DNA of 64,000 nt from an uncultured Candidatus Entotheonella sp. (GCA_965217185.1 OZ244252.1:3712001-3776000); one strand, 5' to 3'; counted from the stretch's first letter, positions 10,149 to 20,039 are shown. Translations and numbers: made by a program. The notes: generated by a model not told the origin, from the sequence alone.

Positions 10149-10312
10149 GCCGGGTCGTATCGCAGCGCCCGCTGCGATCAGGGAAGATGGTGCGAAGCCA
10201 TCGCTGTCCCGCAACTGTGAGCGGAACGAAATCTGCAACCGCCACTGAGGCAGCCGCCTCGGGAAGGCGCAGAGAGTAGGTTGTAGCCGCAAGCCAGGAG
10301 ACCTGCCCGGAC
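10149..10312 (+). ncRNA. Cobalamin (AdoCbl) riboswitch
   Basis: Conserved elements AGGGAA..GGTGCGAAGCC, CTGTCCCGCAACTGT, GCCACTG, GGGAAGG and B12 box AAGCCAGGAGACCTGCC, upstream of a btuB-like gene. Confidence 0.93.
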
Positions 10313-10517
10313 TTTTTCACTGGAGAAACCTTTCGAGGGAGAGGGTGCCAGTGAAGGTCACACGTTCCAACCGCTCAGGTTGTTCTTCATACGCCTTCCA
10401 CGTGTCAACAACCCGTTTTCGTTTGCCACACCCCTGGCATCCCCTTGCCTCCCGACGGCGAGCCGGCGGTTTGCGCCGTCCGGTGTGCTGCCTAACACGT
10501 TACGGGAGAGGGGATCA

Positions 10518-12410
10518 ATGCATCACAAGAGTTCAAGCTTCATCGCAGTTTGCCTGCTCTTAGTCCTGGGGCTGCAGGCGCCCGCCATCTGGGCGCAGCA
10601 GGACGAAGACACTTTCCAACTCGACCCGCTGATTGTCACCGCTACCCGTTCGGCGGAGCGGCTGAGCCAGACGACGCGCTCGGTGACCGTCATTAGCGCC
10701 GAAGACATCGCCGCGCAAGGCGCCCATACGGTTGCCGACGCGCTGCGTAGTGTTCCCGGCCTTGACGTGGTGCGCACCGGTTCGCGGGGCGCGACAACGA
10801 GCATCTTCACCCGCGGTAGTGAGTCGGACCACACGGCTGTGCTGATCGATGGGGTGAAGGTAAATATCCTCTTGGATGGCAAGTTCGATATGGCCGATCT
10901 GTCGGTAGACAACATCGAACGCATTGAGGTGGTGCGCGGGCCGGCGAGCACGCTATACGGCAGCACCGCCACTGGCGGGGTTATTCACATCATCACCAAA
11001 AGGGGCAGCGGGCCCCTGAGCGTCAATCTGAGCGCCGACGGCGGCAGCTTCGGGACCAATACGCAACGGGCCATCGTGAGTGCCGGAACAACCTGGGGCG
11101 GCTTGTCGGTATCCGCCAGCCGCGTCGAGTCGGACGGGCACCTGGCCTTCAACAACCAGTACGACAATGCCAACGTATCCCTACGCGCCGACTTGTCACC
11201 GGACCAGCACACGAACATCGACCTCACGTTGCGCTACATTGACAGTGAGTACCACTTCCCCACCGACGGCGCCGGGCGCGTCCTATTTCACAATAAGTAC
11301 CAGACTACCCACGAGACCGCCGTGGGCCTGCGGGGCGCCCGTGCCCTGTTGCCTTGGTGGAACAGCAGCTTGCAACTCGGCTTCCATCAGCGCAAGCGTT
11401 ACAGCTATCCCGAGTCACCCGAAGAGTCACTCTTTGTCACCAGCGAAAAACGTCTGTCTATCGACTGGCAATTGGTGTTGGACTTCCACCTCGGTAACTT
11501 CACGCTGGGTGTGGCGCACGAGGATGATGAGGACACTGAAAATGATTTCCGCCGGGACAACACCGCCGGATACGCGCAGCTTCGCTTGAAGCCGTTGGAG
11601 CCCATCGTGCTGGTTGGCGGCCTGCGGGTCGATAGACACAGCAAGTTCGGCACCGAGTTGACCTATCAGGTCTCGGCGGCCTACTTCCTGCCCGGCGGCA
11701 CCAAGCTGCGGGCGGCCCTCGGCACCGGTTTCAGGGAACCCCTGTGGGGCGAAATTTTTTCTACCCTCTGGACCGTTGGCAACCCGGACCTTGATCCGGA
11801 GCGCAGCATGACGTGGGAGTTGGGTGTCGAACGGCGGCTGTGGGAGGACCGCTTGCGGTTGGAAGGCGTCTTCTTTTCGAGCCGCTTTAAGGACCTGATC
11901 GAATACAACAGTTCGCCGCCGGAGGGCCAGTCCAACTTCTTCAATATCGAAGAGGCCAGGGCGCACGGGTTGGAGTTGTCCGCGACGGTCACGCCGCTGC
12001 CGGCCTGGACTTTCGGCACCGCCTATACCTGGCTGCGCAGCGAGGTCACCAACGCCGGTGCCGGCATCTTTGGATTCTTCGCGGAGGGTGAATCCCTGCA
12101 TCGCCGGCCAGAGCACAAGGTGCGGCTGTTCGGCCAGTACACGCGCGGGCGCTTCGACGGGCGCGTGGATCTGTACCACATCGGCACGCGCGCCGGTCTC
12201 GATTGGTTTACTTGGCCGCCCAAGCGCGAAGACAACCCAGCGTATACCAAGGTAGACGTATCCATCGGCTACAAGCTCATCGAAAACGAGCGGCACACGC
12301 TGGAGCTGTTCGGGCGTGTGGAAAACGTCTTCGATGAAGACTACGAGGAAGTGTACGGCTTTACGGCGCCCGGCTTCGCGGCGTTCGGCGGAATCAGGAT
12401 GACGCTGTAG
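10518..12410 (+). CDS. btuB: TonB-dependent vitamin B12 receptor
   Basis: Signal peptide, IVTATR, plug domain (RGSESDHTAVLIDGV, IERIEVVRGPASTLYG), C-terminal ENVFDEDYEEVYGF; follows a B12 riboswitch. Confidence 0.9.
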   Translation: MHHKSSSFIAVCLLLVLGLQAPAIWAQQDEDTFQLDPLIVTATRSAERLSQTTRSVTVISAEDIAAQGAHTVADALRSVPGLDVVRTGSRGATTSIFTRGSESDHTAVLIDGVKVNILLDGKFDMADLSVDNIERIEVVRGPASTLYGSTATGGVIHIITKRGSGPLSVNLSADGGSFGTNTQRAIVSAGTTWGGLSVSASRVESDGHLAFNNQYDNANVSLRADLSPDQHTNIDLTLRYIDSEYHFPTDGAGRVLFHNKYQTTHETAVGLRGARALLPWWNSSLQLGFHQRKRYSYPESPEESLFVTSEKRLSIDWQLVLDFHLGNFTLGVAHEDDEDTENDFRRDNTAGYAQLRLKPLEPIVLVGGLRVDRHSKFGTELTYQVSAAYFLPGGTKLRAALGTGFREPLWGEIFSTLWTVGNPDLDPERSMTWELGVERRLWEDRLRLEGVFFSSRFKDLIEYNSSPPEGQSNFFNIEEARAHGLELSATVTPLPAWTFGTAYTWLRSEVTNAGAGIFGFFAEGESLHRRPEHKVRLFGQYTRGRFDGRVDLYHIGTRAGLDWFTWPPKREDNPAYTKVDVSIGYKLIENERHTLELFGRVENVFDEDYEEVYGFTAPGFAAFGGIRMTL

Positions 12411-12435
12411 GGCGCAACCCCAAGGAGGGCGAAGG

Positions 12436-13428
12436 ATGGCCAGACGAATTGCCGGGCGCGCAGCGGTTGCGGTTGTGCCGGCGGTGTTGATCGTGCTTGG
12501 CGTTGTGGCGTTCGCGGCCACCGGCGGCACGACGCGGTTGTCCCTGCTCGGCGCGCGGCCCTTTCACGCCACGCAGGTTGTGGGGCAGGACTTCCCCAAG
12601 CGGCTGATTGACCCGTCCGGAATCCCGCAGACGCTGGCCGCGCCGCCGAACCGCATCCTGTCGGGGGTGTTGGCCAGCGACGAAATCCTCACCGCCCTGG
12701 TGCCGCCCGAGCGGTTGGCTGCGGTGACGTATCTGGTCGACGAGCCGGGTTTGTCCGACGTCGCCAAGCTGTTACCGCCGGGCCTGCCGCGCATCCATGC
12801 CGAGGCCGAAACCATGCTGGCCTTGCGCCCCGACCTGGTGGTGCTGGCCAGTTACACGCGGGCCGCCACGGTGCGCCTGCTGGTGGCGGCGGGCATTCCG
12901 GTGGTGCGCTTTCAGTGGTACCGCTCGTTTGCCGACATCATGAACTCGGTCCGCATGCTGGCCGCCGCGGTGGGGGCGGACGACAACGGCGCTCGGCTGG
13001 TCGATGACATGCGGCAGCGCATCGCCGACGTGGAAGGACGGACGCAGGGCTTGGCGCGGCCGCGCGTGCTGTATTACGGCGGCGGCTACTCGGCCGGTGA
13101 GGACACCCTCATCGACGCCATGATCACCCTGGCCGGCGGCCACAACGTGGCGCGGGACGTGGATCTGCGCGGACAGGGACGGTTGCCCCTGGAGGTTGCC
13201 GTCAGCCTGCGGCCCGAGGTAATCCTGGTTTCGGCGTGGGAGCAGATAACGGGCGGCAACCGCGTCGCGGCGTTTCTGCATCACCCGGTTTGGGCCGACG
13301 TGCCGGCCGTCCAGGACGGGCGCGTCTACGGCATCAAGGGCGCCTGGCTCAGTTCGGTATCCCACTATTCGGTAAACGCGCTCGAAGCCATCGCGCGGGT
13401 GCTGCATCCCGAGGCGTTTTCCCTGTGA
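12436..13428 (+). CDS. btuF: Cobalamin/iron-chelate ABC transporter substrate-binding protein
   Basis: PNRILS, EAETMLALRPDLV, AGGHNVA, LRPEVIL, VPAVQDGRVY; operon context. Confidence 0.8.
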   Translation: MARRIAGRAAVAVVPAVLIVLGVVAFAATGGTTRLSLLGARPFHATQVVGQDFPKRLIDPSGIPQTLAAPPNRILSGVLASDEILTALVPPERLAAVTYLVDEPGLSDVAKLLPPGLPRIHAEAETMLALRPDLVVLASYTRAATVRLLVAAGIPVVRFQWYRSFADIMNSVRMLAAAVGADDNGARLVDDMRQRIADVEGRTQGLARPRVLYYGGGYSAGEDTLIDAMITLAGGHNVARDVDLRGQGRLPLEVAVSLRPEVILVSAWEQITGGNRVAAFLHHPVWADVPAVQDGRVYGIKGAWLSSVSHYSVNALEAIARVLHPEAFSL

Positions 13429-14459
13429 GACGACGACAGCGAGTCCTGGCGTGCACGTTGGCCGGGCTGGGGTTGGTGGCCGCCGTGCTGGCGGGGACGA
13501 CGTACGGTGCGGTGTCCATTCCCTGGCGTCATCTCGCCGGCATCCTGGCGCACGCCGCCGGGCTGCCGGTGACGCCCGACTGGCCGACGTGGGAAGCCAC
13601 CGTGCTGCTGCACGTTCGCCTGCCGCGCGTGCTGGTGGGCCTGTGCGTGGGCGGCGGCCTGGCGCTGTGCGGCGGCGCCCTGCAAGCCCTGTTCCGCAAC
13701 CCCCTCGCGGATCCCGGGGTATTGGGGGTGTCGTCCGGCGCCGCCTTGGGTGCGGTCATCGCCCTGTACCTCGGCTTGGCCGCCCACTCCGTCTGGCCCC
13801 TGCCCATCCTGGCCTGTGGCTCGGCCGGCCTTACTGCTTTCGTTGTCTACGGCATCGCCACGCGGCGCGGTCAAACGCCGATCGGCACCCTGTTACTGGC
13901 GGGCGTCGCGGTGGGCAGCCTGAACGCCGCGCTGACGTCGTTCGTGCTGTCGCTGTCCCTGGCCAACTACGACATCGGCCGCCAGTTGATCCTGTGGCTG
14001 CTGGGCGGCCTGGATGGGCGCACCTGGGAGCACGTCAAGCTGGTGGCGCCCGTCACCCTGGTTGCCGCCGGCCTGATCATTGCCTATGCCCGCGACCTGG
14101 ACGTGCTCCTGCTGGGCGACGTCCACGCCGCCTCGGTTGGCGTGGACGTGGTGCGGGTGCGCCGGGTGCTGATTATCGCCACCTCACTGGTCACCGGCGT
14201 TGCGGTTGCCGTTTCCGGCGTCATCGGCTTCGTCGGCCTGATCATTCCCCACATCCTGCGCCGGCTGATCGGGCCGCACCATCAATGGCTGCTGCCCCTC
14301 GCCGTGGTTGTCGGCGCCGCCTTCCTGGTGTTCGCCGATTGCCTGGCGCGCGCCCTGATCGCCCCCGAAGAATTGCGCCTCGGCGTCCTCACCGCCCTCA
14401 TCGGCGCGCCGTTCTTTCTCTTCCTGCTGTTGCGGCACCGCCGTGAAGGTCTGCTGTGA
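13425..14459 (+). CDS. btuC: FecCD/BtuC family ABC permease
   Basis: RLPRVL, LQALFRNPLADPGVLGVSSGAALGAV, SGVIGFVGLIIPH, LIGAPFF; GTG at 13425. Confidence 0.88.
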   Translation: MRRRQRVLACTLAGLGLVAAVLAGTTYGAVSIPWRHLAGILAHAAGLPVTPDWPTWEATVLLHVRLPRVLVGLCVGGGLALCGGALQALFRNPLADPGVLGVSSGAALGAVIALYLGLAAHSVWPLPILACGSAGLTAFVVYGIATRRGQTPIGTLLLAGVAVGSLNAALTSFVLSLSLANYDIGRQLILWLLGGLDGRTWEHVKLVAPVTLVAAGLIIAYARDLDVLLLGDVHAASVGVDVVRVRRVLIIATSLVTGVAVAVSGVIGFVGLIIPHILRRLIGPHHQWLLPLAVVVGAAFLVFADCLARALIAPEELRLGVLTALIGAPFFLFLLLRHRREGLL

Positions 14460-15256
14460 TGTCGGCGCTGCTTGAGGTGCGTGACCTGACCTTCGCGTAC
14501 CAGGACCGCGCGGTACTTTCCCGGGTCACCTTTTCCATTGGCACGGGTGAGGTGGTCGGCCTCGTCGGCCCCAACGGCAGCGGCAAGTCGACCCTGTTAC
14601 GCCTGGCCTTGGGCCTGCTCGCGGCGGATCAGGGTGAGTTACGCGTCGTCGGCACCCCCATCGCGGCGTTGTCGAGAAAGGCCCTGGCGCGCCACGCCGC
14701 GTTCGTGCCGCAGGACACGGTTATGGAGATTGCCTTTACGGTTCGGGACGTCGTGGCCATGGGGCGGCACCCGCATCTGGGACGTTTCCAGCCCGAAACG
14801 CCGGCGGACGAGGCAGCGGTCCGATGGGCGCTCGAGGCCACGTCAACCCAGGCGCTGGCCGAGCGCACTCTGCAGGAACTCTCCGGCGGCGAACGCCAGC
14901 GGGTGATTCTGGCGCGGGCGCTGGCCCAGCAAGCCACCATCCTGTTGCTGGACGAGCCGACGGCCAATCTCGACGTGGCGCACCAGTTGGAGATGCTCAT
15001 GTTGGTGCGCGCCGTGGTCCGGGAAGGGCGCTGCGCCCTGATCGCGATCCACGACCTCGCCTTGGCGGCGCGCTTCTGCGACCGAATCGTCATGTTGTCG
15101 GAGGGAGCCGTCGTGGCGCTGGGCACGCCGCGGGAGGTCATCACCGAGGCGCATTTGGCGCGCTATTTCCGCATCCAGGCCAAGGTGCGCTGGGAGCCAG
15201 AGCTCGGCGGCCTGCTGGTGCTGCCGCGCGCGCCGCTGCCGGAGCGGGACTGCTAA
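14456..15256 (+). CDS. btuD: Cobalamin/heme ABC transporter ATP-binding protein
   Basis: GPNGSGKST, LSGGERQRV, LLDEPTANLD, IHDL. Confidence 0.85.
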   Translation: MMSALLEVRDLTFAYQDRAVLSRVTFSIGTGEVVGLVGPNGSGKSTLLRLALGLLAADQGELRVVGTPIAALSRKALARHAAFVPQDTVMEIAFTVRDVVAMGRHPHLGRFQPETPADEAAVRWALEATSTQALAERTLQELSGGERQRVILARALAQQATILLLDEPTANLDVAHQLEMLMLVRAVVREGRCALIAIHDLALAARFCDRIVMLSEGAVVALGTPREVITEAHLARYFRIQAKVRWEPELGGLLVLPRAPLPERDC

Positions 15257-16002
15257 AGGGGTTCGATGTCGGCGTAGGTGACGTATGTGGGCTGGGAACT
15301 TTTCGAGTGGATGTCGTCGTTGCTGACGGGGGGGATTTCTCGTTGGACGACTTGCCCTGGCTGGGCCTGGATGGGTGAGGTGAACATCGGGCCGTCGATG
15401 ACGCAGGTGTGGAACTCGCCGTTTTCGCCCAGGGGGTCGATGCCGTCGGGCAGGTCGGCGAGGAACTGGCGGTCGAACCACCGGCCTACCATGCCGCTCG
15501 GCAGCCTGGCGTCACTGGCGGTGATGATGGCGCGCACGCCGGAGGCGATCATCGTCTCGGCGAGTTGGGAGGTGTCGTTTCCCCAGACCGGGAAAAGGGG
15601 CGTGAAGCCGGTGCCGCTGAGCTTGTCTTCCCGGTAGCGCCGGATATCTTCCAGGAACAGGTCGCCGAAGGCGAGGTGCGACGCCGTCCGGTGTTCCGGC
15701 AATGTCTGCACCCGGTCCAGAAGCGCTTGCATGGCGGCTTCGTACTGCGCGTTGGTGCACGGCGACGGGATGGCGATCTCATAGAGCGGCAGGCCGAGCC
15801 GTTCGGACTGCAGCTTCAGGACCCAGCGCGGCGTGGAGTGGATGGAGATGCGGTCGAAGGTCTCGGTGACGGTGGTAAAGATGCCGCGCACCTCGTAGCG
15901 CTCGGGCTGTTGCCGGAGCGTGTGCAGTGCCCAGGCGGAGTCTTTGCCCGAAGACCAGGAGACCATGACGGGTACAGGGGTGGTTGGATTGGCGGCGGCC
16001 AT
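15253..16002 (-). CDS. Diphthamide synthase (Dph6)-like PP-loop ATP pyrophosphatase
   Basis: SWSSGKDS PP-loop, FGDLFLEDIRRYRE, DPLGENGEFHT. Confidence 0.85.
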   Translation of the reverse strand: MAAANPTTPVPVMVSWSSGKDSAWALHTLRQQPERYEVRGIFTTVTETFDRISIHSTPRWVLKLQSERLGLPLYEIAIPSPCTNAQYEAAMQALLDRVQTLPEHRTASHLAFGDLFLEDIRRYREDKLSGTGFTPLFPVWGNDTSQLAETMIASGVRAIITASDARLPSGMVGRWFDRQFLADLPDGIDPLGENGEFHTCVIDGPMFTSPIQAQPGQVVQREIPPVSNDDIHSKSSQPTYVTYADIEPL

Positions 16003-16056
16003 TGCTTCCTCTCATGCGGGCGGAATATCCGCTGCCAGCCTGGGATGCGAGTGGCG

Positions 16057-16087
16057 TGTCGGATTACGCGGCGCTAATCCGACCTAC
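16057..16087 (-). repeat. GTAG-family REP palindrome, copy 1
   Basis: TGTCGGATTACGCGGCGCTAATCCGACCTAC, near-identical to copies at 30981, 48686 and 60573. Confidence 0.85.
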
Positions 16088-16679
16088 TTTGCCCCGTCAC
16101 CGAGGCGATCAGGTCCAGCAGGTTGGTGATCTGGTAGTTGGGGATGGTGACGACTTCGTCGCGCCCGGCGGCCTGGACGTAGCGGCTGAAGGTGTCCGGC
16201 GCGACGTCGCCGATGGTGTACTGGGCGAGCGGCTCCTGGCTTTCCGAACCGTAGACCAGGATGATCATGTCCGGGCTGGCGATGCCGTAAGCCTCGGCGT
16301 CCTTGGCCAGCACGAAGTCACGCTCGATGCGGGTTCGGCCGAAGGCGGCGAGGGCGAGGTCGATCCGTTGCGTGAAGGCGTCGTCGGCTTGATGCTCGTG
16401 GTTTTCCGCGGGTGCGGCGCCTTGGTCGTGGGTGTGATAGAACCAGACGCCGTTGGCGTTGCGTTCAAAGCGGTGCAGGGTGCCGGCGTGGCCGATCTCG
16501 ACGGCCGTCAACTGCGCCAGCGGTGCCGGCATCAGCATGCGCACCTCACGTTCCTCGTGCCCGCCGTGCTCGTCCTCGGGGGCCATCAGATCGCTGCGCT
16601 CGATAAGGATGACCGCCCCCACCAGCACCACAAACACCAGCCAGACAATGAGCAGGCGGGCGCGCCTGCCAGGGTTCAT
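16074..16679 (-). CDS. DUF4340 domain membrane-anchored protein (His-rich)
   Basis: N-terminal TM helix, YGIASPD..IGDVAPDTFSRYV; ATGA overlap with the GldG-like gene; typical last gene of Gld-type operons. Confidence 0.7.
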   Translation of the reverse strand: MNPGRRARLLIVWLVFVVLVGAVILIERSDLMAPEDEHGGHEEREVRMLMPAPLAQLTAVEIGHAGTLHRFERNANGVWFYHTHDQGAAPAENHEHQADDAFTQRIDLALAAFGRTRIERDFVLAKDAEAYGIASPDMIILVYGSESQEPLAQYTIGDVAPDTFSRYVQAAGRDEVVTIPNYQITNLLDLIASVTGQSRSD

Positions 16680-18328
16680 CGCTGTTTCCACCAGACCGCG
16701 ATGCCGACCACGGCCAGGATGCCGGGGATGAGCACGATGGTCAGGAAGAGGGTGCCCTTCATCTGCCGATTGGTGAGGTTGACGCGCGGCAGGTCGTAAG
16801 TGCGGGGTTTGATGCCGATGAGGTTCTCCTGGGCCGCCAGATAGCTCACCGTGTTCACGAACAGGGTGCCGTTGCCCAGGATGTGAAAGAAGGAATTGGT
16901 GGCGAAGTCCGAGTCGCCCACCACCGCGATGCGCGACCGCCCGGTGGGCATGGACGCCGCGTCCCCGTTTTCGTCCTCAGGCGGCAGGGCCGGGATGGGC
17001 GGCAGGTCGTCCCGCGGCCCAAGTCGTTGGAGGGCTTCGGCGCTGCTCGGGTCCACCGGCCGCCGGCTGATGATGGCCATGATGGTGTTCGGCCCCGCCT
17101 GATCGTTCTCGTCCAGCCCGACACGGTCGGGTGTCGTCTCGCCGTAGCTGTTGGTGGACGAGTTGACGATCGGCATCACGCTGGTGCCCGTCACGCGCTC
17201 GGGGGCCGGCGACAACGAACGCACGCCGGGATAAAATGTCAGCGGCAACTCGCGGGTCACTTGGTGATGGTTGTAACTGGTGACCGCTGGCGACGACACG
17301 TCGGCCCAGAAGTGCCTGGCCTCGTCGATGACGATGTTGTCGTTCACCACCACGCCGTGGGCGCGAAGCACCGGTTCCAGGCCGCTTTGCACGAAGGGGT
17401 CGAGCATGAAAAAGGCATTGCCGTTGGCGGTCAGAAAATCCTCTATCGTCGTGATCTCGGCCTCCAGCAACGGCACCTTCGGTCCCGCTACGACCAGTAC
17501 CGCACAGCCGTCCAGCGTCCCGGTGCCGCCCAACAGCGACACCTTTTCGACCTTGTAATTCAAGGCTTCCAGGGTGTGCCGCGCCTTGGCCATGCCGTGG
17601 CGCTCGTGCACCATGGTCTTACCGCCCAGGCCGTGCGTGTGCCCGGCCTCGCCTTCCATGTGGTCGTGCGATTCGGTGCTGAAGGGGTCCGCCTCGCCGT
17701 GCCCTTCGAGGAAACAGACGCGCTGGTTGGCGTCTTGCGCGATGCGCAGGATGCCGTTGGCGATGTCGATCTCCTCGCTGCCGTGCACCTGCATGGTGCG
17801 GCCCTCGCTTTCCAGGACGGCAGTGCCGGCGAACTGCACGCCCCGCATTCGCGCCTGTGCCGGGTTGATCATCGGGTCGTAGAAATCCACCGTCACCAGC
17901 GGCGATTGCGCGGCGATCAACTCGTACAGCTCAACCGTCGGGCGCAGCAGGGGATCGTGGAAGAACACGATGTGCACCGGCTTGTCGATGCGCTCCAGCA
18001 TGGCAACAGTCTGCTCAGACAGCGAGTGCAGGCCCTCGTCGGTGAGGTCGAAGCGCAGGGGGTAGAGGACGGAAAGGTACGCCACCACCATGAGCACGCC
18101 CACCATGCCCAGGGCGTACAGCGCGATTTCCGTGCGGCGGCGGTGCAGCAGAGCGCCGATGTCGCGGCGCAGCGCCACCAAGCCCCACACCATCAGCGCG
18201 GCGCCGACGATGGCGAGCGCCAGGGTCCACACCGACGGCTCCAGCAGAATGGCGTGCACGGCCAGTGCGGCCGCTAGCAGGGCGACCCCCAGCAACAAAA
18301 TGATGCCCGAGAGGAAGGAGCGTTCCAT
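16676..18328 (-). CDS. GldG-family ABC-type auxiliary component
   Basis: RFDLTDEGLHSLS, FLEGHGE, VLVVAGPK, VVGDSDFATN, N.VSYLA, C-terminal TM ending VWWKQR. Confidence 0.85.
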   Translation of the reverse strand: MERSFLSGIILLLGVALLAAALAVHAILLEPSVWTLALAIVGAALMVWGLVALRRDIGALLHRRRTEIALYALGMVGVLMVVAYLSVLYPLRFDLTDEGLHSLSEQTVAMLERIDKPVHIVFFHDPLLRPTVELYELIAAQSPLVTVDFYDPMINPAQARMRGVQFAGTAVLESEGRTMQVHGSEEIDIANGILRIAQDANQRVCFLEGHGEADPFSTESHDHMEGEAGHTHGLGGKTMVHERHGMAKARHTLEALNYKVEKVSLLGGTGTLDGCAVLVVAGPKVPLLEAEITTIEDFLTANGNAFFMLDPFVQSGLEPVLRAHGVVVNDNIVIDEARHFWADVSSPAVTSYNHHQVTRELPLTFYPGVRSLSPAPERVTGTSVMPIVNSSTNSYGETTPDRVGLDENDQAGPNTIMAIISRRPVDPSSAEALQRLGPRDDLPPIPALPPEDENGDAASMPTGRSRIAVVGDSDFATNSFFHILGNGTLFVNTVSYLAAQENLIGIKPRTYDLPRVNLTNRQMKGTLFLTIVLIPGILAVVGIAVWWKQR

Positions 18329-18329
18329 G

Positions 18330-19037
18330 TTAGCGCTGCCACCGCAGATAACTGGTGTTGAGGACCAGGACGATGGCGCACACGACGAGGTAGAAGATCA
18401 CCGACTCGGTGCGCACCAGCCCCTGCACGAATTCCTCGAAATGGCGTGAAAACGACAGGTAGCCAAGCAAATTCCGCCACGCAAAGGACGTCTGGAAGCG
18501 CTGCGCGTTGGCGATGAACCAGAAGGCCAGCAGCACCGCCACGGTGATGAGCGCCGCCACGATCTGGTTCTGCGTCAGGGAGGAGAACAGTTGGCCGATG
18601 GCCAGGCAGGTCATGCCCAGGAGGATGAAGCCGATGTAGCCGGAGAGGATCGTCATGCCCTCGGGGTTGCCGAACAGGTACAGCGGCACCACGTCGACCA
18701 GCGTACCGGCCGTCATGAACAGCAGGATGGTGACGGCGCCGGCGAATTTGCCCAGCACAATCTGCCAAGGCCGCAGCGGCAGGGTGGCCAGCAACTCCAT
18801 GGTGCGGCCGTTGTACTCGCTGGTGAACAGCCGCATGGAGACGACGGGCATGACGAGGAGCAGCAGGATGGCCATGTTCTGGAAGGTCTCGGTCATCCGG
18901 GCGTTGCCGGTGAGGAAGATGCTGTAGGTGAAGAAGTAGCCGGTGCCGACCAGGAACACCGCCATCACGAAGTAGGCGATGGGGGAGCGAAAATAGAGCC
19001 GCAACTCCTTTTGATACACGGCCAAGGCGCCGTTCAT
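18330..19037 (-). CDS. ABC-2 permease (GldF-like)
   Basis: KELRLYFRSPIAY, SMRLFTSE..GRTMELLATLP, IVLGKF, SSLTQNQIVAA. Confidence 0.88.
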   Translation of the reverse strand: MNGALAVYQKELRLYFRSPIAYFVMAVFLVGTGYFFTYSIFLTGNARMTETFQNMAILLLLVMPVVSMRLFTSEYNGRTMELLATLPLRPWQIVLGKFAGAVTILLFMTAGTLVDVVPLYLFGNPEGMTILSGYIGFILLGMTCLAIGQLFSSLTQNQIVAALITVAVLLAFWFIANAQRFQTSFAWRNLLGYLSFSRHFEEFVQGLVRTESVIFYLVVCAIVLVLNTSYLRWQR

Positions 19038-19041
19038 GCCG

Positions 19042-19977
19042 TCATCCCTCGCTCACGTATTGCAGGAAGATGTTTTCCAGCGTTGGCTCCTGCCGTCCGA
19101 GGTTGTGCAACGGCCAGCGCGGCGCCACAGCGCGGGCAATGGCCGCCTCCACGCCGTCGCGCGGCTCGATCTGGCATTCGACCTGCAGCCGGTCACTGGT
19201 GTCGCCAGCGGTTTCCACCTCCACGGATCGCACGCCGTCAACGGACAGCAATTCCTGCCGCAGCTCGTCGGCCGGCGCCGTTACCTGCAGGCTCACGCGG
19301 TTCGTCTGCTCCAGCGCCCGCTGCAGGCCGCTCGGCGAGTCGATGGCCAGCAGCCGTCCGTTGTTGATGATGGCCACGCGCTTACAGATCATGGTGACTT
19401 CCGAGAGGATGTGAGTGCTGAACAACACCGTGTGCTCGGCGCCAAAGGATCGGATGATGTCGCGCGCCTCGTGCAGTTGCCCCGGATCCAGGCCGATGGT
19501 CGGCTCGTCCAGCAGCAGCACCTGCGGCTTGCCGAGCAGGGCTTGCGCGAGCCCCACGCGTTGCCGGTAGCCCTTGGACAGCTTGTAGATTTCGCGCCGC
19601 ACCACGTCACCCAACTGGCAGGCGGTGGTGACGCGGTCGAGTTCGGTAGCCACATCCGAACGCGCCACGCCCTTGGCCTTGGCGACAAAGCGTAGGTAGG
19701 CGGTCACGTCCAGGGTGTCGTAAAGCGGCGGGTGTTCCGGCAGGTAGCCGATATGGGAGGCGGCCGCGTCGTTCTGGGTAGCCATGTCGTAGCCGGCCAC
19801 GCTGACGCGCCCGGAACTGGCCGTGATGAAACCGGCGATCATGCGCAAGGTGGTGGTTTTGCCGGAGCCGTTAGGGCCGAGGAATCCGACGATCTCGCCC
19901 TTTTCCACCGAGAACGACAGGTCGTGGATGACGGTTCGGGAACCGTAGCGTTTGGAGACGGATTCGAGGGTAATCAT
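19042..19977 (-). CDS. ABC transporter ATP-binding protein (GldA-like)
   Basis: GPNGSGKTT, LSKGYRQRVGLAQAL, LDEPTIGLDP, STHILSEV. Confidence 0.92.
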   Translation of the reverse strand: MITLESVSKRYGSRTVIHDLSFSVEKGEIVGFLGPNGSGKTTTLRMIAGFITASSGRVSVAGYDMATQNDAAASHIGYLPEHPPLYDTLDVTAYLRFVAKAKGVARSDVATELDRVTTACQLGDVVRREIYKLSKGYRQRVGLAQALLGKPQVLLLDEPTIGLDPGQLHEARDIIRSFGAEHTVLFSTHILSEVTMICKRVAIINNGRLLAIDSPSGLQRALEQTNRVSLQVTAPADELRQELLSVDGVRSVEVETAGDTSDRLQVECQIEPRDGVEAAIARAVAPRWPLHNLGRQEPTLENIFLQYVSEG

Positions 19978-20011
19978 GCCGCCCGGCGCTCATGTTGGCA
20001 GGTCAATCGAA

Positions 20012-20039
20012 GAAGGCCCCTTCGTGCGGGAGGGCCTTC
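20012..20039 (-). terminator. GC-rich hairpin between the lactonase genes and the ABC genes (weak terminator or mRNA stabiliser)
   Basis: GAAGGCCC...GGGCCTTC inverted repeat just after the stop of the 20051 gene; poor U-tract. Confidence 0.4.
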
